The notes below the pieces were generated by a model. That model made no database searches, had not been told where the DNA came from, and worked only from the letters and a program-made list of their open reading frames with translations. The position numbers were made by a program, and so were the translations under genes. A DNA stretch of 63,988 nucleotides, filler included, from Reticulomyxa filosa (lineage: Eukaryota; Protista; Foraminifera), in assembly GCA_000512085.1 (NCBI GenBank). It is 22 parts of 22 records of this genome, joined end to end, with 100 filler letters (N's around TTAATTAATTAA, not from the genome) between each part and the next. Parts side by side here need not be neighbours in the genome. Positions count along the whole stretch, not along the records: positions 38,424 to 45,677 come from ASPP01009910.1; positions 45,778 to 48,924 come from ASPP01021430.1; positions 49,025 to 50,922 come from ASPP01011692.1; positions 51,023 to 52,361 come from ASPP01028184.1; positions 52,462 to 53,547 come from ASPP01029756.1; 17 more parts are not named here. One strand, written 5' to 3'. Shown piece after piece: positions 38,424 to 52,478 of this stretch (positions within the stretch are counted from its first letter, which is position 1; every line of letters begins with the position of its first letter).

Positions 38424-39702
38424 ATCGATACCATTGAACCTCTGTGCAGCAACGACAAGATGAAAGGCGAGGGATTGGTTATTATGCTGACTTTGCTATG
38501 GACTGCTAGGCAGGTATCATTTCAGAAAATAATAAAAAGTTGTTTTTTTTTTTTTTTTGCATGTCCAAATTAACCAACTAAAGGTGTAATGCTTGCATTG
38601 TCGATTTAAAAAAAAAAAAAAAAGGAAATAGAGGTCAATACAGATCAAAATAAAATCAAAACACTTGACAACATTGATTTTGAAAGCGCTGTTAAAAAAT
38701 CGAGTCAATCGTGTGCATTGGATCGAGCTCTTAGAAAAGCCCAGCAAAATAACGAGCGACTCCACATTTAACAAGTTTCTGGAGAAGTCGTTCAAAGACT
38801 GGCTGGGAAGCGAGGAAAAGAATTCACCGTATGAACATAACAATACCTTTCCGTCCAAAGTGATCGAACTGCTCTGTTCTTCCGTCTTTCTCGAGGCCAA
38901 GTTGTATCATGCACAGTGGATAGAAATCGTGGACCGCCGATCTTGCGAATTGCAATTGGACAACAGCAAATGGACGAGTGATGATATCGACGACATTCGC
39001 AAGTACGCAAAAGCAGATATGCAGTTATGGGAAAAGGCATTTCGTCATATGGACAACATCCCTTCAGAGGTGGAGTTGGATGCGAAGCAAATGGAGACAA
39101 CTAGCGATGAGTTTAGTCGCATTTTCGAGTATTGTCTCCGATGCGGTCTATGGTTCCGACATGAAAGCCCAATGCAACCACGACTGCTTTCATTGCTTGG
39201 TCACACGTGCACTACATTGTCCAAACACAAACAGTTGTTCTCCATCAAGCTTTGCAAGTTTCTTAGCAACAACTTGCAAAGCATTCATGACCTCGTGTCG
39301 TCCTCGTCCTCGACCGAGTTGAAACAGTCCGTTGCGTCACTCGACAATGTGATCCAAGAATATAAGCAGTTTTCCGAGTCGCTCAAAAGGCTCTGTCAGA
39401 TGCAACGCTATCTGACTGACCAGGATTTGCCCGCAACGTTGAAGGTGCTCGTTGAGGATAGCAGCAAATGGGAGCATCAGAGTTTTGTGCAAGTCAAGAA
39501 GCAATACGAAAATGATCTAAGTATCTTTGCAAAGTACAAGTCCAGTATGGACTTGATTTTGCGTTTGCAGCAAAGCGTTGCTTTCAATATTTGGAAGAAT
39601 TCCAATGACAAATGTAAGACCCTCAATCTTCCAGAAATACCATTTTCAATTTTCGAAAGAGTGTTTGAAGAGAGCAAGCGTTAGTAGGACAAATACAGAG
39701 AT
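38424..39702 (+). pseudogene. Large helical hypothetical protein fragment ending in tandem in-frame stops
   Basis: The 339-aa ORF 38665-39684 has coding-like composition. It continues as KR**DKYRD before a GT donor and lies just upstream of the Tc1 remnant. Confidence 0.45.
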
Positions 39703-39809
39703 GTTAGTTCAAAACAAAAGATATACATTTTAAATTTTCAGTATACTTATAATTTTTTTTGATGAAGTAAAATTTGTAATCTTTTAAATTGTTAATCATA
39801 TTGATTTTT

Positions 39810-40999
39810 TTAGAAAGGTGTTGCTGTTGGAATTCTTATTAATGGTTCGATCTTTGATCTATTGCTATAAAATTTAGTGATAGTCCAGCATCAGTAAGGA
39901 GATGGGAGAATATGTATAAGAATAATGGTAATGCTTTCAGAAGGCTATGATCTGGAAGATTCGAAAAGATTAAATCACGCATACAACGTAAAATTATTAT
40001 GTGGTTGGTCTCTAGCAAGTGCGAAACAGCTAATGAAGTGAAAAAGATATTTTATGAAAATAGTGATATTCATGTTTCATACGAAACTGTTACAAGGACG
40101 ATTAAGAAGAACGGTTTAATTGCTGTAACAAAAAATAAAAAACCAAAACTAGAAGAAAATATATTGTACAAATGCTTGAATTTGCAAACAGATACAATCA
40201 TTGGTCAGTGTATGATTTGAAAATATTAGTTTATAAGATGAAACAAAGATTAATTTATGTGGAAGGTTATATCAAATATACTTGCAAGTTAATATTTGGG
40301 TATATATGCATAATTAAAAAGTCAAAATTTAGTGGTGTTAACATTATGGTTTGCTTGCTTTGGTGCAAAATGTGTTTGACATGAACGCAAGATTGAAGGT
40401 GGAGTTAATTCTGAAATATATAAAGAAATATTAAGTGATGAAATTCTAAACATAGTACAGTATTGTTTAGAAGATGGTTACAACAATATAATAATCTACC
40501 ACAAAAATCAAAATATTATGTAATAGCTTGAAGAAAATTATGTAAAGTTAATAAAATTTACAGTAAATTTCACTGATTTAAATACAATTGAAAACTTGTG
40601 GTTGATATTGAAATTAAACTTTATAAATAGTTGAAATTTCGCACAAAACAATTATAGGAAAAATTCGAAACAGTTTGAGAAAAAACAGAAAAAAAGCTTT
40701 GCAACGACTTAACTGCCTACATGACAAGAAGGATCTTAGCATTAATTGATGCTAAAGGAAAACCAACAAAATGGTAACAAATAAAACTTTTAAATATTTT
40801 GCTAAAATTTACAAAAATCATATGAAAATGACTTTTTTATATACTTCAAAAAAAATTATTTAAAAAAAATTCAACATTTAAAAATACAACATTGGTAGAT
40901 ATTTTAAAAATTTGTATTAAATGTATGTTTTTCATGGAGAAAATTAATTATCTTATTAAAGTGACATTTTAGGTGTTCAGTTTTTTATTCAATCTACTG
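39810..40999 (+). mobile_element. Decayed Tc1/mariner DD(34)E transposase with right TIR
   Basis: VSYETVTRTIKKNGL...KKP, LEFANRYNHWS, DETK (about 40237), KIEGGVNSEIYKEIL, DLNTIENLW (about 40575) and LIDAKGKPTKW* (ends 40777). TIR TTTTTCATGGAGAAAA...CTACTG at about 40927-40999. Many stops and frameshifts; no left TIR seen. Confidence 0.88.
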
Positions 41000-41032
41000 G
41001 TTTATTTTAATAAAAAAGGACAATTAAAAAAA

Positions 41033-41360
41033 AAGCAAGAAACTGTAATTATTTGTAGACATGGAGAAAATGGAGATATGTTAGTGGCAAGCGATGGAAA
41101 ACAGATATCAATTGATAAAATATAAACCTTGTTTAATTGTAACGAAATGGACTCATTTAAAGATTTACCTAAAATTTTTATAATTGATGTTTGTGGCAAA
41201 AATAATCCAAAATCATATAAACTTACAATGAGAGTGAGAATATTTACACGGCCAATATGACGATGGATTTTTGCTCATTTGATCAACAACAAAAGTACAT
41301 AAAGTAGCTGACTTGTCATTGTTGAGTCTATATATGAAAAAGGTTGCTACATGATATTAG
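41033..41360 (+). pseudogene. Caspase-fold (clan CD, C14-like) protease remnant
   Basis: VIICRHGENGDMLVASDG...I*TLFNC...KDLPKIFIIDVCG shows the His-Gly and Cys dyad motifs, with in-frame stops. Confidence 0.7.
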
Positions 41361-42799
41361 GACAGAAATTCGCAAACATAAAAGTGGTGAATGGTAGTTT
41401 GTGCGAAGTGAAGACGCCATTGATTATGATATCATTTTTTAACAAAGAAAACGTGTCTAGCATTGCTTCTATCAATCTTCCACTATCTTTCTTCAAAACG
41501 AAGAATGATTTACAAAACCAAATCAACTTCAAAAGTATGCTACATGCCACATTTGAAAATAGTGATACAATAGAGTCTCATAGAGAAACAGCATGTGCAA
41601 GTATTTCCTTGAAAAAAAGAAAAAAAGGAATAACTACGCAAAAAAAAAAAAATTTTATAGTTTTACAATCTATATATTCAACGATTATTACCACTACTTT
41701 TTTTGCAATATTCACATGTCTTCACATTCCAAAACCGTGAAAAGAACATAGGCAAATAACTATAACGTTTTGGCTAAATGTACTTTTCCACAAACTCAAG
41801 CCAAAAAATCATTTTTTTTTGTTTTTTTGTTCCACATTGCCATGGTTTTTTTTAATTGATCGAAATCGTTTGTAATTCAAACTTTTCATTTTTTCCTTTT
41901 AAGGAAGCAGAATTGCATGAGTTGTCGTTGTTAAAAAAGTTATATCTGAATAATATCTGTTCACATGTTACTAAGCACGAAAACTCTAAAATTTCTTTTA
42001 CCTTTATTTCTTTGTAAAAGAAATTTGCGAATTGACATTATGAATGAATTAAATAAAAAAGTTTACTTAGTGGGTTTCTGTATAAGCCAAAAATTGTATA
42101 TATAACAACATAAACAATTATATAAACAAAAAGCAAAACTAATCTCTGACGGCAATCACAATTCAAAAAGCAAAATTAAATATTAAAAAAAATAAAAAAT
42201 TGCAAAAAAAAATGAAAAAGCGAACAAAATATTTCTTTTTGGTTTTTTATTTTTTTTTGCAATTTTTTATTTTTTCCACTTTGCAAAAAAAAATTTTTGG
42301 TTGCTGCTTTGTATTTTCACATTAGAACGAGAATGCTTGTCACATGTCAAAATATACCAAAAATGACCACTAATTTCAAAGATGAAAAATAAAAAATAAA
42401 ATTGAAGTGTCCAAATAATGTCAGGGCGTTAGAACAAACTATTTTGAATCGATTGGTGAAATTTCGGTGAAATAACTTTGATTTTTGACAAAGTTAGACT
42501 ACGATTACTTTTTTTGTTTATATTTGCATAACGCTTCGTGTCAGTTTTTTTTTTGATGAAGTTGAAATTGGATTTGAGTTGTTTGCAGCTGGTGGTGCTT
42601 AAGTGGATGGGTTTTTTTATATTGCATTATGCAATTGCAAGTAAGTTTTTTTATTTTTTTTATTTTTCACTTTTTGTGTTTGAGTTTTAATATATTTTGT
42701 GCAGTGATATTTGAAATATTTAGTTATTGAAATGATTATTTTTTTGTTGTTTGAATTATTATAATGTGTTTTTTATGTTGTTTTTTTATGTTGTATATT

Positions 42800-42869
42800 A
42801 TTTTTTCATGAAAAAAATTGATTATTTTAATAAAGTGAAATTGTAGTTACCTTTTTTTTGCATATACTG
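42800..42869. repeat. Degenerate right TIR of the same Tc1/MITE family
   Basis: TTTTTCATGAAAAAAATTGATTA...TTGCATATACTG|TA. Confidence 0.6.
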
Positions 42870-45821
42870 TATAATATAACATTTGAATATGTATTATACG
42901 AAATTTCAAATATGCAAAAATTTTATTATAAAGTATTCTTAAATTTTTTTTTTCATATCAATTAATTACAATTATTACTTGTAGTAATAAGAATTTGTAT
43001 ATTATAGTCACCTTGAGAAAATAAAATTCAGGATACAGGTATTCTATTATTTGTTGAATCCTTAAAATCAACGTTATTTATATATATAAAATTTTTTCTT
43101 TATTATTTGCATAAAACAAAATTTAAATATTAAGTAATAATTTTTGAAATGCTTAAATTTTAATTATTATAATTAGAAAAAAGTGAGATTATACATAAAG
43201 TTAAGCAGAAATGAAAAACTTTTATTATGTTTAAATTTTTGTAAATCATATTGGTATTGCAATCATTTGAATTTGTAAAATTTAATAGTAGTGGTATCAT
43301 TATGAAAAGCATTTGCTACAATTAATGCACTTTGCGTTTTCTTTATGTAAATAATTAAATCTTTGCATTGCAGCTTGATATTAAGAACTTTTTTTATTTA
43401 GTTTTATTAAACTTTAATTTCACTTTCATATAATCTATAAATTATGTAGGAAAAATAATTTCATTTTTTACAATTATACTATAGCAATATAACTATTTTT
43501 CTAAATAGTTATGAATCCTGAGTTTTTCCGACAGAAAAGTGTTTTTAAGGATCTATATACAAATTCTTATGATAACTTATGATTTTTACAATTAAAATTA
43601 TCAAATGATATATATTTTAATATAGCAATAAACTAATATTGTGCATAAAAAAAAAATCACAATTCTTTTTTAAAAAATTAAATTATGATATGTAGAAGAA
43701 TACTAAAAAAAATGAAATAGTGAAAAAAAGTAAAACTTTAAATCAGTAGGCAATTTGTGAATCATGACATATAGTTTTATTTTTATTTTTTTTGTTTTTT
43801 TCATTGGTTCATTTTTTAAAATTTTTTGTAAGTTTATTTGATTATTTTGAAGTATTGTTTGTGCTTGATTTTTGTATTGTGCACAATATATATGATTTAA
43901 CTTTATTATTATTAAACTAGAACAGTTTTACCCAAAGATTTGCTATTTTAAGTTATACTTTTATAACGCACATGAAGTATTTTTACATTGTAAGTTCATT
44001 TATGTTATGACTCAAAAAAAGGTCAATTTATATTTGTGGATAAATCATATATATTATCTTTTTAATTAATTTGTAGCATTTGATTGTATTGAGAATAAAA
44101 GTAATCAATAAATGCATTATAAGTATGAAAAAGATGACAAATTTAATTAAGTAATTTTTTTCCATATACAAAGTAATTTCGAACTGTTTTAAATTTATAA
44201 CAAAATTAAAATAACAAATTTACAATTAAAAATTTAAAAGCTTAGGTAGTGCTGGAGCTTCGAATAAAAAGAGAAATAGCAGCGATATCAGCGATAGCGG
44301 GGATACACTTACAAGTATGTCAAGTAAAAAATGTCGAACCACCAGTCCCGATAAATTGCAGCATTTCGATGATGTCATGAATATCTTTCTCAATCAACGG
44401 CCAGTATTCGAGATCATTAATGGCCTAGTAGAAAAGCTGAAGACGAGACAAAAATCTAACTTTGAAAAAAAATATTATATCAATAAACATTCATCTTTCA
44501 CAAAATATTAATGTTGAATATAGTATTTGAATGAATCAAAATCAATTAAAAATTGTTTATATAAATCTAATTTTTTAAATTTGTTCATTTATTTAAAACT
44601 AACTCCAAAAAAAAGTGTTTTGACTCTTTTATAACAAGATGTATTGGCATTGTTTTGTAATTTCATCAACAAAATATATTTGTCTTATGTATCAGTATAA
44701 TTACTAATTTCTGTTTTAGTATATTGCATTTTGAGTTATTTGGTAATTATTTTAAAGCGACAATGGAGCAATCACAAACATCTAGACTGGTTTTTTGTTT
44801 ACTACTTTATATTAAGCATGTTATTTGTAGTAACGTATCTAATATCTCCATTACAATGTTAACAAAAGTATTTCGTGCTTGCGTTTTATTACAAATTCTA
44901 TTTTTAAGAAATGTAAAATATTGTACACGACAAAGTATAATGATATACATTATGTAAGATTTTGGATCGCTGTCTTTGTCGTTGCTATTTCGAATGCCCT
45001 ATGCATATTCTTGATACATTTGCATTTTTGAATATTTGAATTCGATAAAAATACAAAAATTTTTGACAAAGCACTATTAATAAAAAAAAAAGTGTTATAA
45101 TAATTAAATTATGTTTTTTTTATTATAATCATTGCTCATTGACTGGTTTTTTGCAAATCTTTCATATCTATCAAAAGGACAATATATGTACACTTTTTCA
45201 ATTGTTCTTTTTTATTATTAACACATCAGATAAAGCACCAAATAGCGTTACCTTTTCTTGTAAGAGCTTATTTTTATATTCAAATATTCTAATTTGCTGA
45301 GCAAAATGTTCTTTCTCGTCCAGACATTTTTGAATTTTTTGCTCGAATAGTTGCAGCGATTGCATTGACCGCTGACTTTGTTGTACTAATTCTTAGTTTT
45401 TCTTAATCAAAATTTCAATTTTTTCATTTTGTTGAACCGACATTTGATGTTGCTTATCAAATTCATTAGTTGATTTTGTTGAGACATGTTGTTAAAAATT
45501 TCTGACACTATTGTATTACTTTATGTACTGGCTTGTTCAAATCGTTATATATTTCATTATTTTTACTTTCATTAAACGATAGCTCGTGCTTTCTCTTTTT
45601 TCGTCATATTATAATTTTTTCGAAGTTGTTTTATAGTATATACAATATATTTTATTTTCATTTTTTTATATAATATTNNNNNNNNNNNNNNNNNNNNNNN
45701 NNNNNNNNNNNNNNNNNNNNNTTAATTAATTAANNNNNNNNNNNNNNNNNNNNNNNNNNNNNNNNNNNNNNNNNNNNATATTTAAAAACTACAAGACTTG
45801 TAGATATTTTTTTAAAAGAAA

Positions 45822-45909
45822 TTAGGTCTAAATGTTGATTTTTCATGGAGAAAATCAATTATCATTATAAGATATGTTTTAGGCGTTCAGTTTTCTTTGC
45901 AACATACTG
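45822..45909. repeat. Right end of the same Tc1/MITE family
   Basis: TAGGTCTAAATGTTGATTTTTCATGGAGAAAATCAATTATCA...CAGTTTTCTTTGCAACATACTG|TA. The TIR part closely matches 36222-36294. Confidence 0.85.
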
Positions 45910-47535
45910 TATATGTGCATATATAGACTGTGTATGATCCATCCACAATAATAATTCAACAATAACAAGAATTGAATATCCTTTTGATAGTATTGATAAT
46001 TATCTTTTGCTTTTTTTTTGAATGCGAATGCTTTTGATTGATTCTCCATATTCAATAAAACATTATCGAAATCAACATATTTTAACTGACATTTATGTTG
46101 TAAATTGTTACGTAAGCCAGTGATACTGATTCGGCAATATTTAATTTTTTGGGATAATGTAAGATTTGTATGTAATACATGCAAATACATGTTTATCAAT
46201 ATTTCAAATTCACAATCTAGTATAATCATATATGATAAAACAATAATAACACTTATCACACAAATGAATATATATATTTTTTTATATGGTCTTAATTAAC
46301 TTATTCTCGTCAATGTCTTCATTGCAGTACTTCCATGCAGGAAGCAATTTTCTTTTTAATATTGGTAAAAGACTGTTGAAGTTGTTTCATCTGTTTTGTC
46401 ATTATTAATTTTTTAAAATATACTTTTGCTCAAAAAATTGGATTACTTTGTCTTAAAGCTCCTTTGTTGACTCGATTTCAATCCCTTGATTTTTAACACG
46501 TAAATTTAAAAAATGAATCATACAAATTGACAATCTCAACATTAATGATTGAATTTTGTCTTTTTTTTGTGGATTGCAAATTTTCTATAGGCATGTACAA
46601 ATTTTTTCCCAAGTTCAAGTATCTGTTGTGAACAACAAGACAATAATCAAAATGCTTGTTGTATATTAAAAAAAGAAGAAGTTGCTCATAATAACAATCG
46701 TCATTCAAAATAATTATTTGTGATTGATTTCATTAAGAAAATAAATAAAATACATAGTGAAGTATAAAAATTAGCATACCAGAAATTATTTGTTAAATAC
46801 CTAAATAATGATCAAAAATTTTGGGTAATGCGTTTGCCGTTTCTCTTGCCTTGTTGTTTGCAAAAGGAAAGTTTTATAATCATGTGCTATGTATATAATG
46901 TGGCCATGTTTTTCAAAAAGAGTAAACAAAATAAATGAACATGCTTTTTGCAATGAGATAATGTCATAACAAACATATAATGGATGCATGTGTGATGATA
47001 CTCAACTCCGGTACAATAAAAGAAAAAAGGACATTTTTTTTCTCCATTTTCTCTTTCAATATGAATACGATAAGGAACGACTACCAAAAAGTACATTAAT
47101 AGAAAAATATTGTAACTTCAAAAGTGGATAATAGCAGCCGAAGGTGTTTTATTTTTGTTTGTTTTATTTCAATACTTCAATATTTCAAATCAACAAAAAA
47201 ACTATATGGTGGCAAAAGTAATTACTATGGAAGTGAACAAACAAGCTTTTGAGTCGTCGACATTTGATTTAATAAAACAAAATAATTTAAATGAAAAAAT
47301 AAATTTATATAATGGGTATAATAACGAGTTAGCATATATACTATACCGTTAAGACAGTATCTATTTGATTGTTGTCAGTTCATTAGCTTTCTTTCAAGAA
47401 ATTCAATTAGGTAAAAAAATTCTTTTTCCTTTACGGATATAAAGCTAGTTTCATTTATTTTAAACCACAAAAAGGAAAATAATCTGAAATTTATACCCAT
47501 TAATAAATTTAAAACAATAATATTATGAACGAAAA

Positions 47536-47754
47536 ATGGGTAATCGAAACTCGACTTCCTTTCAAAGTTTGAATGAGTTGTTCATTCCACTTCATCAATC
47601 TAAATGCGTGCTATACAAACACGAACTCCTCATTTGTGAAGTTTGGGATAAAAAAAACTTTCTTATCATACGTTCAAATAAATACAAGTTTATATTTGAG
47701 TATCCAAACAGTGTTTATAACAACAAAATAATGCAATTTGCCAACTTTGTTTGA
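47536..47754 (+). pseudogene. Kelch-like family 5' fragment
   Basis: MGN...FQSLNELFIPLHQSKCVLYKHELLIC...NKYKFIFEYP, short and internally deleted. Confidence 0.5.
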
Positions 47755-48709
47755 TGAATTTATTCAACTAATTTTGTTCATTTACACTACAAAATCATGT
47801 TGTCTTTAAAAAAATTGGTCAAAACATTTAGTGTGAAATATTCTCTGAAAATACTTTGAGTTAGTTTGAAGTGTGTCTTGGCTGTGTGCTTTCAAATGTC
47901 ATTTTCTTATCTTAACAGTGATTTTGCCATAAAAAAACAAGAATGGAATATCTAAAAATTTATTTTACTCGGGAGCATACAGTTATCATTATAAAATTAT
48001 ACATTTTCTAAAAACTGGGTATATTCTTTGGGTTTAGTAGCACGATTTAAGGGTTTCTTTCATAAGTCGGGTTTGCTTGATCAGATATTAGAAAGATGTA
48101 ACTTGCATGATGCAGCTCCATATAGCTTCGAAGTGCCATAAGAAATTAATCGAGGCGGAAAAAATAAAAAGCAAAAAAATTCATTTTATTCAAGCGTAAC
48201 ACACGCTCCACCCAAACCTTTCATATGACTAGACTCATCACTAATCAAAAGACCACTCCTTGTGTCACTTCTTTGGCCTCACTAAATCTGTTCATTGACA
48301 TGTGCATAATCTTCATTTTTCTTCATTCAAAAAGATTTCCACAAATCGGTTCGAGTGGGGGGGTCCAGTGCACAAAACATTCAATCAAATGTTTTGACGA
48401 ACGTGGACAACTGGCAACTCACGGGCTATTGTAACTGGACGTCACAAAAGACGCCGTATTAATGATCAAAGAGAAGAAACACTTCGTGTGATTATAACTA
48501 TCTTAATCATTGCCAAAATAAAAAAAACATGTATGATTCAATAAAATATAAGCATTGTTTGAATTATTGATTTAATTTGAATATTTCCATGGATTAGAAC
48601 AAGCACGGCTACAAAAAGTGTTGTGTTTGAAATTTTTAAGAGCTCTGGGAGGGTACCTCTTTATCCTTTGTCATTAAAACAGTCTTTAAAAAAAAGATTA
48701 AGTGGACTT

Positions 48710-48868
48710 ATGTCTGAAAAGGAAAGATTTTTCAGTAATGAAGAGATAGAAGCAGGTCCCAAACTGAAATTTACTTCACAGAGCGGCAGCAAAGGACCAA
48801 GCAAGTCGCGTAAAGAGAAAGAAATCCTCCAATCAAAAATCCCAACTCAAATTGCGGATGGAAAATAC
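48710..48868 (+). CDS. First exon of an unidentified gene (truncated by contig end)
   Basis: MSEKERFF...IPTQIADGKY followed by a GTAAAT donor and a poly-T intron. Confidence 0.4.
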
Positions 48869-48885
48869 GTAAATATTTTCCTGTG

Positions 48886-48924
<39 letters not shown>

Positions 48925-49059
48925 NNNNNNNNNNNNNNNNNNNNNNNNNNNNNNNNNNNNNNNNNNNNTTAATTAATTAANNNNNNNNNNNNNNNNNNNN
49001 NNNNNNNNNNNNNNNNNNNNNNNNAAATATAAAATATAAAATATAAAATATAAAATATA

Positions 49060-49730
49060 AACATGATAAATGGATATAATCATCAGGTGACGTGAGTGTT
49101 CGATTTGAAACCAACCATTTAGCCGGGGTTTTTTTGACGATGGGCATAATACTCCCGGCGTACTTCATCGCGGAGCTATATTGGATACTGGTGAAGAATG
49201 GGGAAGATGGTAATCTGTATATTACCCATTCACAATACATTGTGATCTTTGTGTTGTTCGTGGTCGTTCGGTTGCTTTGTTGCTATTGGAGTATCCTGTG
49301 CATCTTGAACTTTGGCAAGGGCCTCAAAAAAGAAAAAGTGTTTCTCAAAGGATGGAGTCGGCTTTTTATGCCGACCAATCTGCTCGACCAAGTTGTCGGC
49401 GCGGTTGGAGCCATGGAGCAAACTGAAAAACAAAATCAAGGGCTCATTGGCAAAGCCGTCGGGGCCATTACTCGCATTGGGGTGGAGTCGGAAGAAGAGA
49501 GGGCCAAAGACATCGACGCACTACCTGAAATGGATGACTTTGATGACGAAGACGAAGATAAACAAGACAAAGACAAACATAAAAAAGAAGATCAAGAACC
49601 GAATCAAGACAATGACCACAACCACGATCAAAAGAACAACAAACACAATGACAATCAACAGCCTCGAAGTCAGGTCGACAATACTCTGAAAGACTCTGAG
49701 TTTGGCAGTTTGCTTGACAGCTTTCAATGA
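49060..49730 (+). CDS. Membrane protein C-terminal part, UPF0658-like, with acidic tail
   Basis: VRFETN, two TM helices, then CILNFGKGLK, the motif I associate with the UPF0658 Golgi membrane family. Confidence 0.5.
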
Positions 49731-50167
49731 TTACTTTTCATATTGTTTATCCAATCTTTATTATAATTTTTGCAAAAAATCTTGATTGTAGTTTAGAAAA
49801 AAGTTACATGTTTCACATTTTTGTTTTGTTTTGTTTTGTTTTTTCTCAACAACTGAAGGCACTGTGCCTGCTTTTGGCAATTTGCTTTGTTCTAAAACTA
49901 GAATTCAGTTTTTGAATATTGCTGCTAACTGGTATATATGCCGTCTTTTTTTTGTTTCACGTCTCCTCTGGGAGTGTACATTGATACAGTTGCAATGTAC
50001 ACTTTCAATCGTATTTTTCAATACGCGCGCAATAGTAATTTGAATAACACTTTGAGCATTTTCTTTGTTTTTGCTGCTTCTGACGAGTGCCCGACGAAAC
50101 CAAACTTTTTTTATATGAAAGACCCCCTTTTTTTGGGATGGTGATAAAGAATGGATATTGATTTGAC

Positions 50168-50590
50168 GTGTGTCCTATCTCTACTTCACGCTTGAATAAG
50201 GGGAAAAGAAAGACTGTTGGTATGGACGTAAGTGATTCGAGTGACAATCAAACAACGGAAGATCAAGAGAACGACAGAAAAAGTTCGGAAAAGAAGGACG
50301 TAGCAATGTTAGGAAAAGAGTGGAGCAACGTGGCGTTGACGGACGAGCAGATCGACAGATACATAGTGCAGGTGTTCGACCTTTCGAACGAGGACAGTAG
50401 CACAAACGACAAGGAATGGTCATGGTATACCTTGCAAGATGTAGAGACGATAGTGATCGATCAGATGTTTCGAAATTCGAATCAATTTGGTTGGCTGTTT
50501 GAGGTTGCGGAGACAATATTATTTCAAAAGGATTTGTATTATTTGAAAATGGATAACGACACCACAATGAGAAGAAAAAGAAAAAAGTAA
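50168..50590 (+). CDS. Hypothetical protein fragment
   Basis: 140-aa ORF with coding-like composition; no family recognised. Confidence 0.3.
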   Translation: MCPISTSRLNKGKRKTVGMDVSDSSDNQTTEDQENDRKSSEKKDVAMLGKEWSNVALTDEQIDRYIVQVFDLSNEDSSTNDKEWSWYTLQDVETIVIDQMFRNSNQFGWLFEVAETILFQKDLYYLKMDNDTTMRRKRKK

Positions 50591-51022
50591 TTGAAAAAGG
50601 AAATAATAATAATAATAATAATGATAACAAGAGCGAACAAGACCATACAAATCAAACAACAATGACAACATCACAAGTGCAAAATCACATTCTGTCAATT
50701 GTGTGGAGATACATGTTCTTTTGTATCGTGAGACCACAAATCATGACCACAAACGTTCTGTTGTTTATAAAGCCCTTTTCCAGTTCGGCCAAGTTGAGTG
50801 AGAAGGGAAGCGAAAGGGGAGGAGAGGAGGGGAACATAGCTTTTTTTTTTTTTTTTTTATAAAAAAAAAGGGGGACGAAAGAAAGGAAAAGGGAAAGGTG
50901 GAGCACTGCAAAAAAAAAAAAANNNNNNNNNNNNNNNNNNNNNNNNNNNNNNNNNNNNNNNNNNNNTTAATTAATTAANNNNNNNNNNNNNNNNNNNNNN
51001 NNNNNNNNNNNNNNNNNNNNNN

Positions 51023-52340
51023 TCAAAAGTATGATTAAATTGTCTTTCATCCAACTTCACTGCAACATTAAAGAAATAAAAGTATTATTCAATTACATTT
51101 TATTGAAAGTTTTCCGAGGAATTCTGCACATCCTCCACGAATATTTTCAAGTGCACTTTTATTACGTAATCTGACAATCGAGAATTTGAAAGGATCATCT
51201 GTTGCTTCTTTCAATTTCATTATGAATTGAATTGCATCCATATAATAAAAATATCTATAAGACCTGTTCGTTAAATATTGGAAGGTATTATCCAATTGTT
51301 TTTCATCTAATTGGGATGAAGTAATTGCAAGTATGTGTGCACATTCATTACACATTTTTATATTTTCATTCTCAAAACCGTTCATTAAAAATTGGAAAAC
51401 TCTATTCAATTGTTTGTGATTCAAGTCCAATGCTATTTCTGCAAGAGATTTTGCACAGATTTGATGGGTATTTTTATTGCCAATTCCATCCATGAAAAAT
51501 TCTAAAACCTTATCCAATTACTTTTCATTCAATTTCGCTGCTATTTTATAAAATAATTCTGCGCACTGTTGGGAATATTTTCTAAAACATTGTATAATAA
51601 TATCGAAAGTTTCTGTAGAAATACACAAATACTCCAACATTTGTAATCTATTTAATAGTAATTGATTATTATCAATTTTTCTCAATTTGATCGATGATAC
51701 ATAAATGAATATCAGAATGATGAAGGAGATATTGAAAATTAGGTCAAATACAATTTCATCACATTATCCAATGATCTATTCAGGGTCTGTTTGAGTAATG
51801 CATTGTAAACATCGCATTTACCTTTATCAATTTTGATCCAATCAATAAATAATGACTTGAACGAATGAATAAACGCTGTATGACATGTTTGAAGTAAACG
51901 TGGAAGAAATGAACTGTTTATGTCAGCTTTACATGCATCCAAACAATGCATATGCAACATCACTTGATGAATTGGAACAGCTTGAGGTGGCGATGAATGC
52001 AACAATTTCCAAAAATATAATAAACCTGATCCCGATGGATCTTTTTTATTTTCAGTATTACCATATAATATTTCAGCCATAAATGGTATCATTTCAGAAT
52101 ATTTTGGAGTGAGTTAATTGATTAAAATCGAGCATACTTGTTCATGTTTTTTTGATTTATCTAACCAATATTTTATTGATCCATCATTATTATTACCATT
52201 ATATTCTTCTTTATTTGTACTGTGTCTACGATTCCATATCAACATTGAACAGGTATACAAATCTATTAATTTGTTTCCAACAACAGGTACATAACGATAA
52301 TAAAATCGATTACGCCAAAATAAAAATAATGCTAATTATA
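51023..52340 (-). pseudogene. HEAT/PBS-lyase repeat protein (NACHT-associated type) remnant
   Basis: KYSEMIPFMAEILY...GSGLLYFWKLLHSSPPQ...HCLDACKAD followed by LNHKQLNRVF / LDEKQLDNTF repeats. Frame breaks between ORFs. Confidence 0.6.
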
Positions 52341-52478
52341 ATAAACAAATAAATATATGTANNNNNNNNNNNNNNNNNNNNNNNNNNNNNNNNNNNNNNN
52401 NNNNNTTAATTAATTAANNNNNNNNNNNNNNNNNNNNNNNNNNNNNNNNNNNNNNNNNNNNAAGCAGAGATTGAAGAT

